From: Alphaproteobacteria bacterium
GTDB lineage: Bacteria; Pseudomonadota; Alphaproteobacteria; UBA828
DNA length: 64,000 bases
Assembly: GCA_965220745.1 (NCBI GenBank)
Contig: CBDCQT010000005.1
Coordinates: 352,001 to 416,000, forward strand
Direction of reading: 5' to 3'
Positions 63,816 through 64,000 of the stretch are shown here, piece by piece; position 1 is the first letter of the stretch, and every line of letters starts with the position of its first letter. Position numbers and translations under genes: made by a program. The notes under the pieces are model-generated. The model did no database searches. It saw nothing but the letters and a program-made list of their open reading frames with translations, and was not told where the DNA came from.

Positions 63816-64000
63816 ATGGCACGACCAGGCATGGAGCGGGATCGAGATCGGGATCGCGGCGGTCGCGGACGTGACCGCGAAGAGCCCGAGCTTCTGGACA
63901 AGCTGGTCAGCATCAACCGCGTCGCCAAGGTGGTGAAGGGCGGCCGGCGCTTCGGCTTCTCGGCGCTCGTCGTGGTCGGCGACCAGCGCGGGCGCGTCGG
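63816..64000 (+). CDS. rpsE: 30S ribosomal protein S5 (5' partial, runs off the window)
   Basis: [56 protein letters not shown]. Confidence 0.97.
   Translation, partial: MARPGMERDRDRDRGGRGRDREEPELLDKLVSINRVAKVVKGGRRFGFSALVVVGDQRGRV

Overview
High-GC (roughly 70% by eye) alphaproteobacterial core-genome segment, probably from a Rhodospirillales-like lineage (inferred from gene order and protein style). In order it contains rnpB; a complete dcw cluster (mraZ to ftsZ) followed by lpxC; a small accessory block (MDR oxidoreductase opposite fdhD, a COG0523 GTPase, a VOC protein and a PNPOx-like protein); argH, lptM-like and lysA; a ZitP-like zinc ribbon, ydcF and plsC, with ftsEX missing from its usual place; class II ribonucleotide reductase nrdJ; DUF2125; an SDR; dusA; a hydantoinase A/B pair; kdsD-lptCAB; bioB-bioA; a TakP-type TRAP transporter; bpt/ate; purD; and the str-S10-spc ribosomal operons up to a partial rpsE. 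I see no mobile elements, CRISPR arrays, tRNAs or rRNAs. The most interesting signals are small. (1) A composite cis-element, made of NrdR-box-like core(s) followed 47-55 bp later by an alphaproteobacterial LexA-box-like GAAC-N7-GAAC, recurs upstream of nrdJ (expected) and also upstream of the dcw and kdsD-lptCAB envelope operons (unexpected). (2) A perfect beta-clamp-binding motif QLSLF sits at the cytoplasmic N-terminus of FtsQ, and an Hda-like QSELPL sits in the NrdJ linker. Together (1) and (2) suggest, as a hypothesis only, a link between replication or dNTP status and division/envelope synthesis. (3) There is an unexplained low-GC 0.39-kb intergenic island with a 30-bp direct repeat. (4) tuf has a G/T-rich codon usage unlike its neighbours. 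(5) Several start and junction oddities occur (a CTG start, and two TTGGGA one-base frame offsets). All motif calls were made by eye and need PWM and conservation tests.
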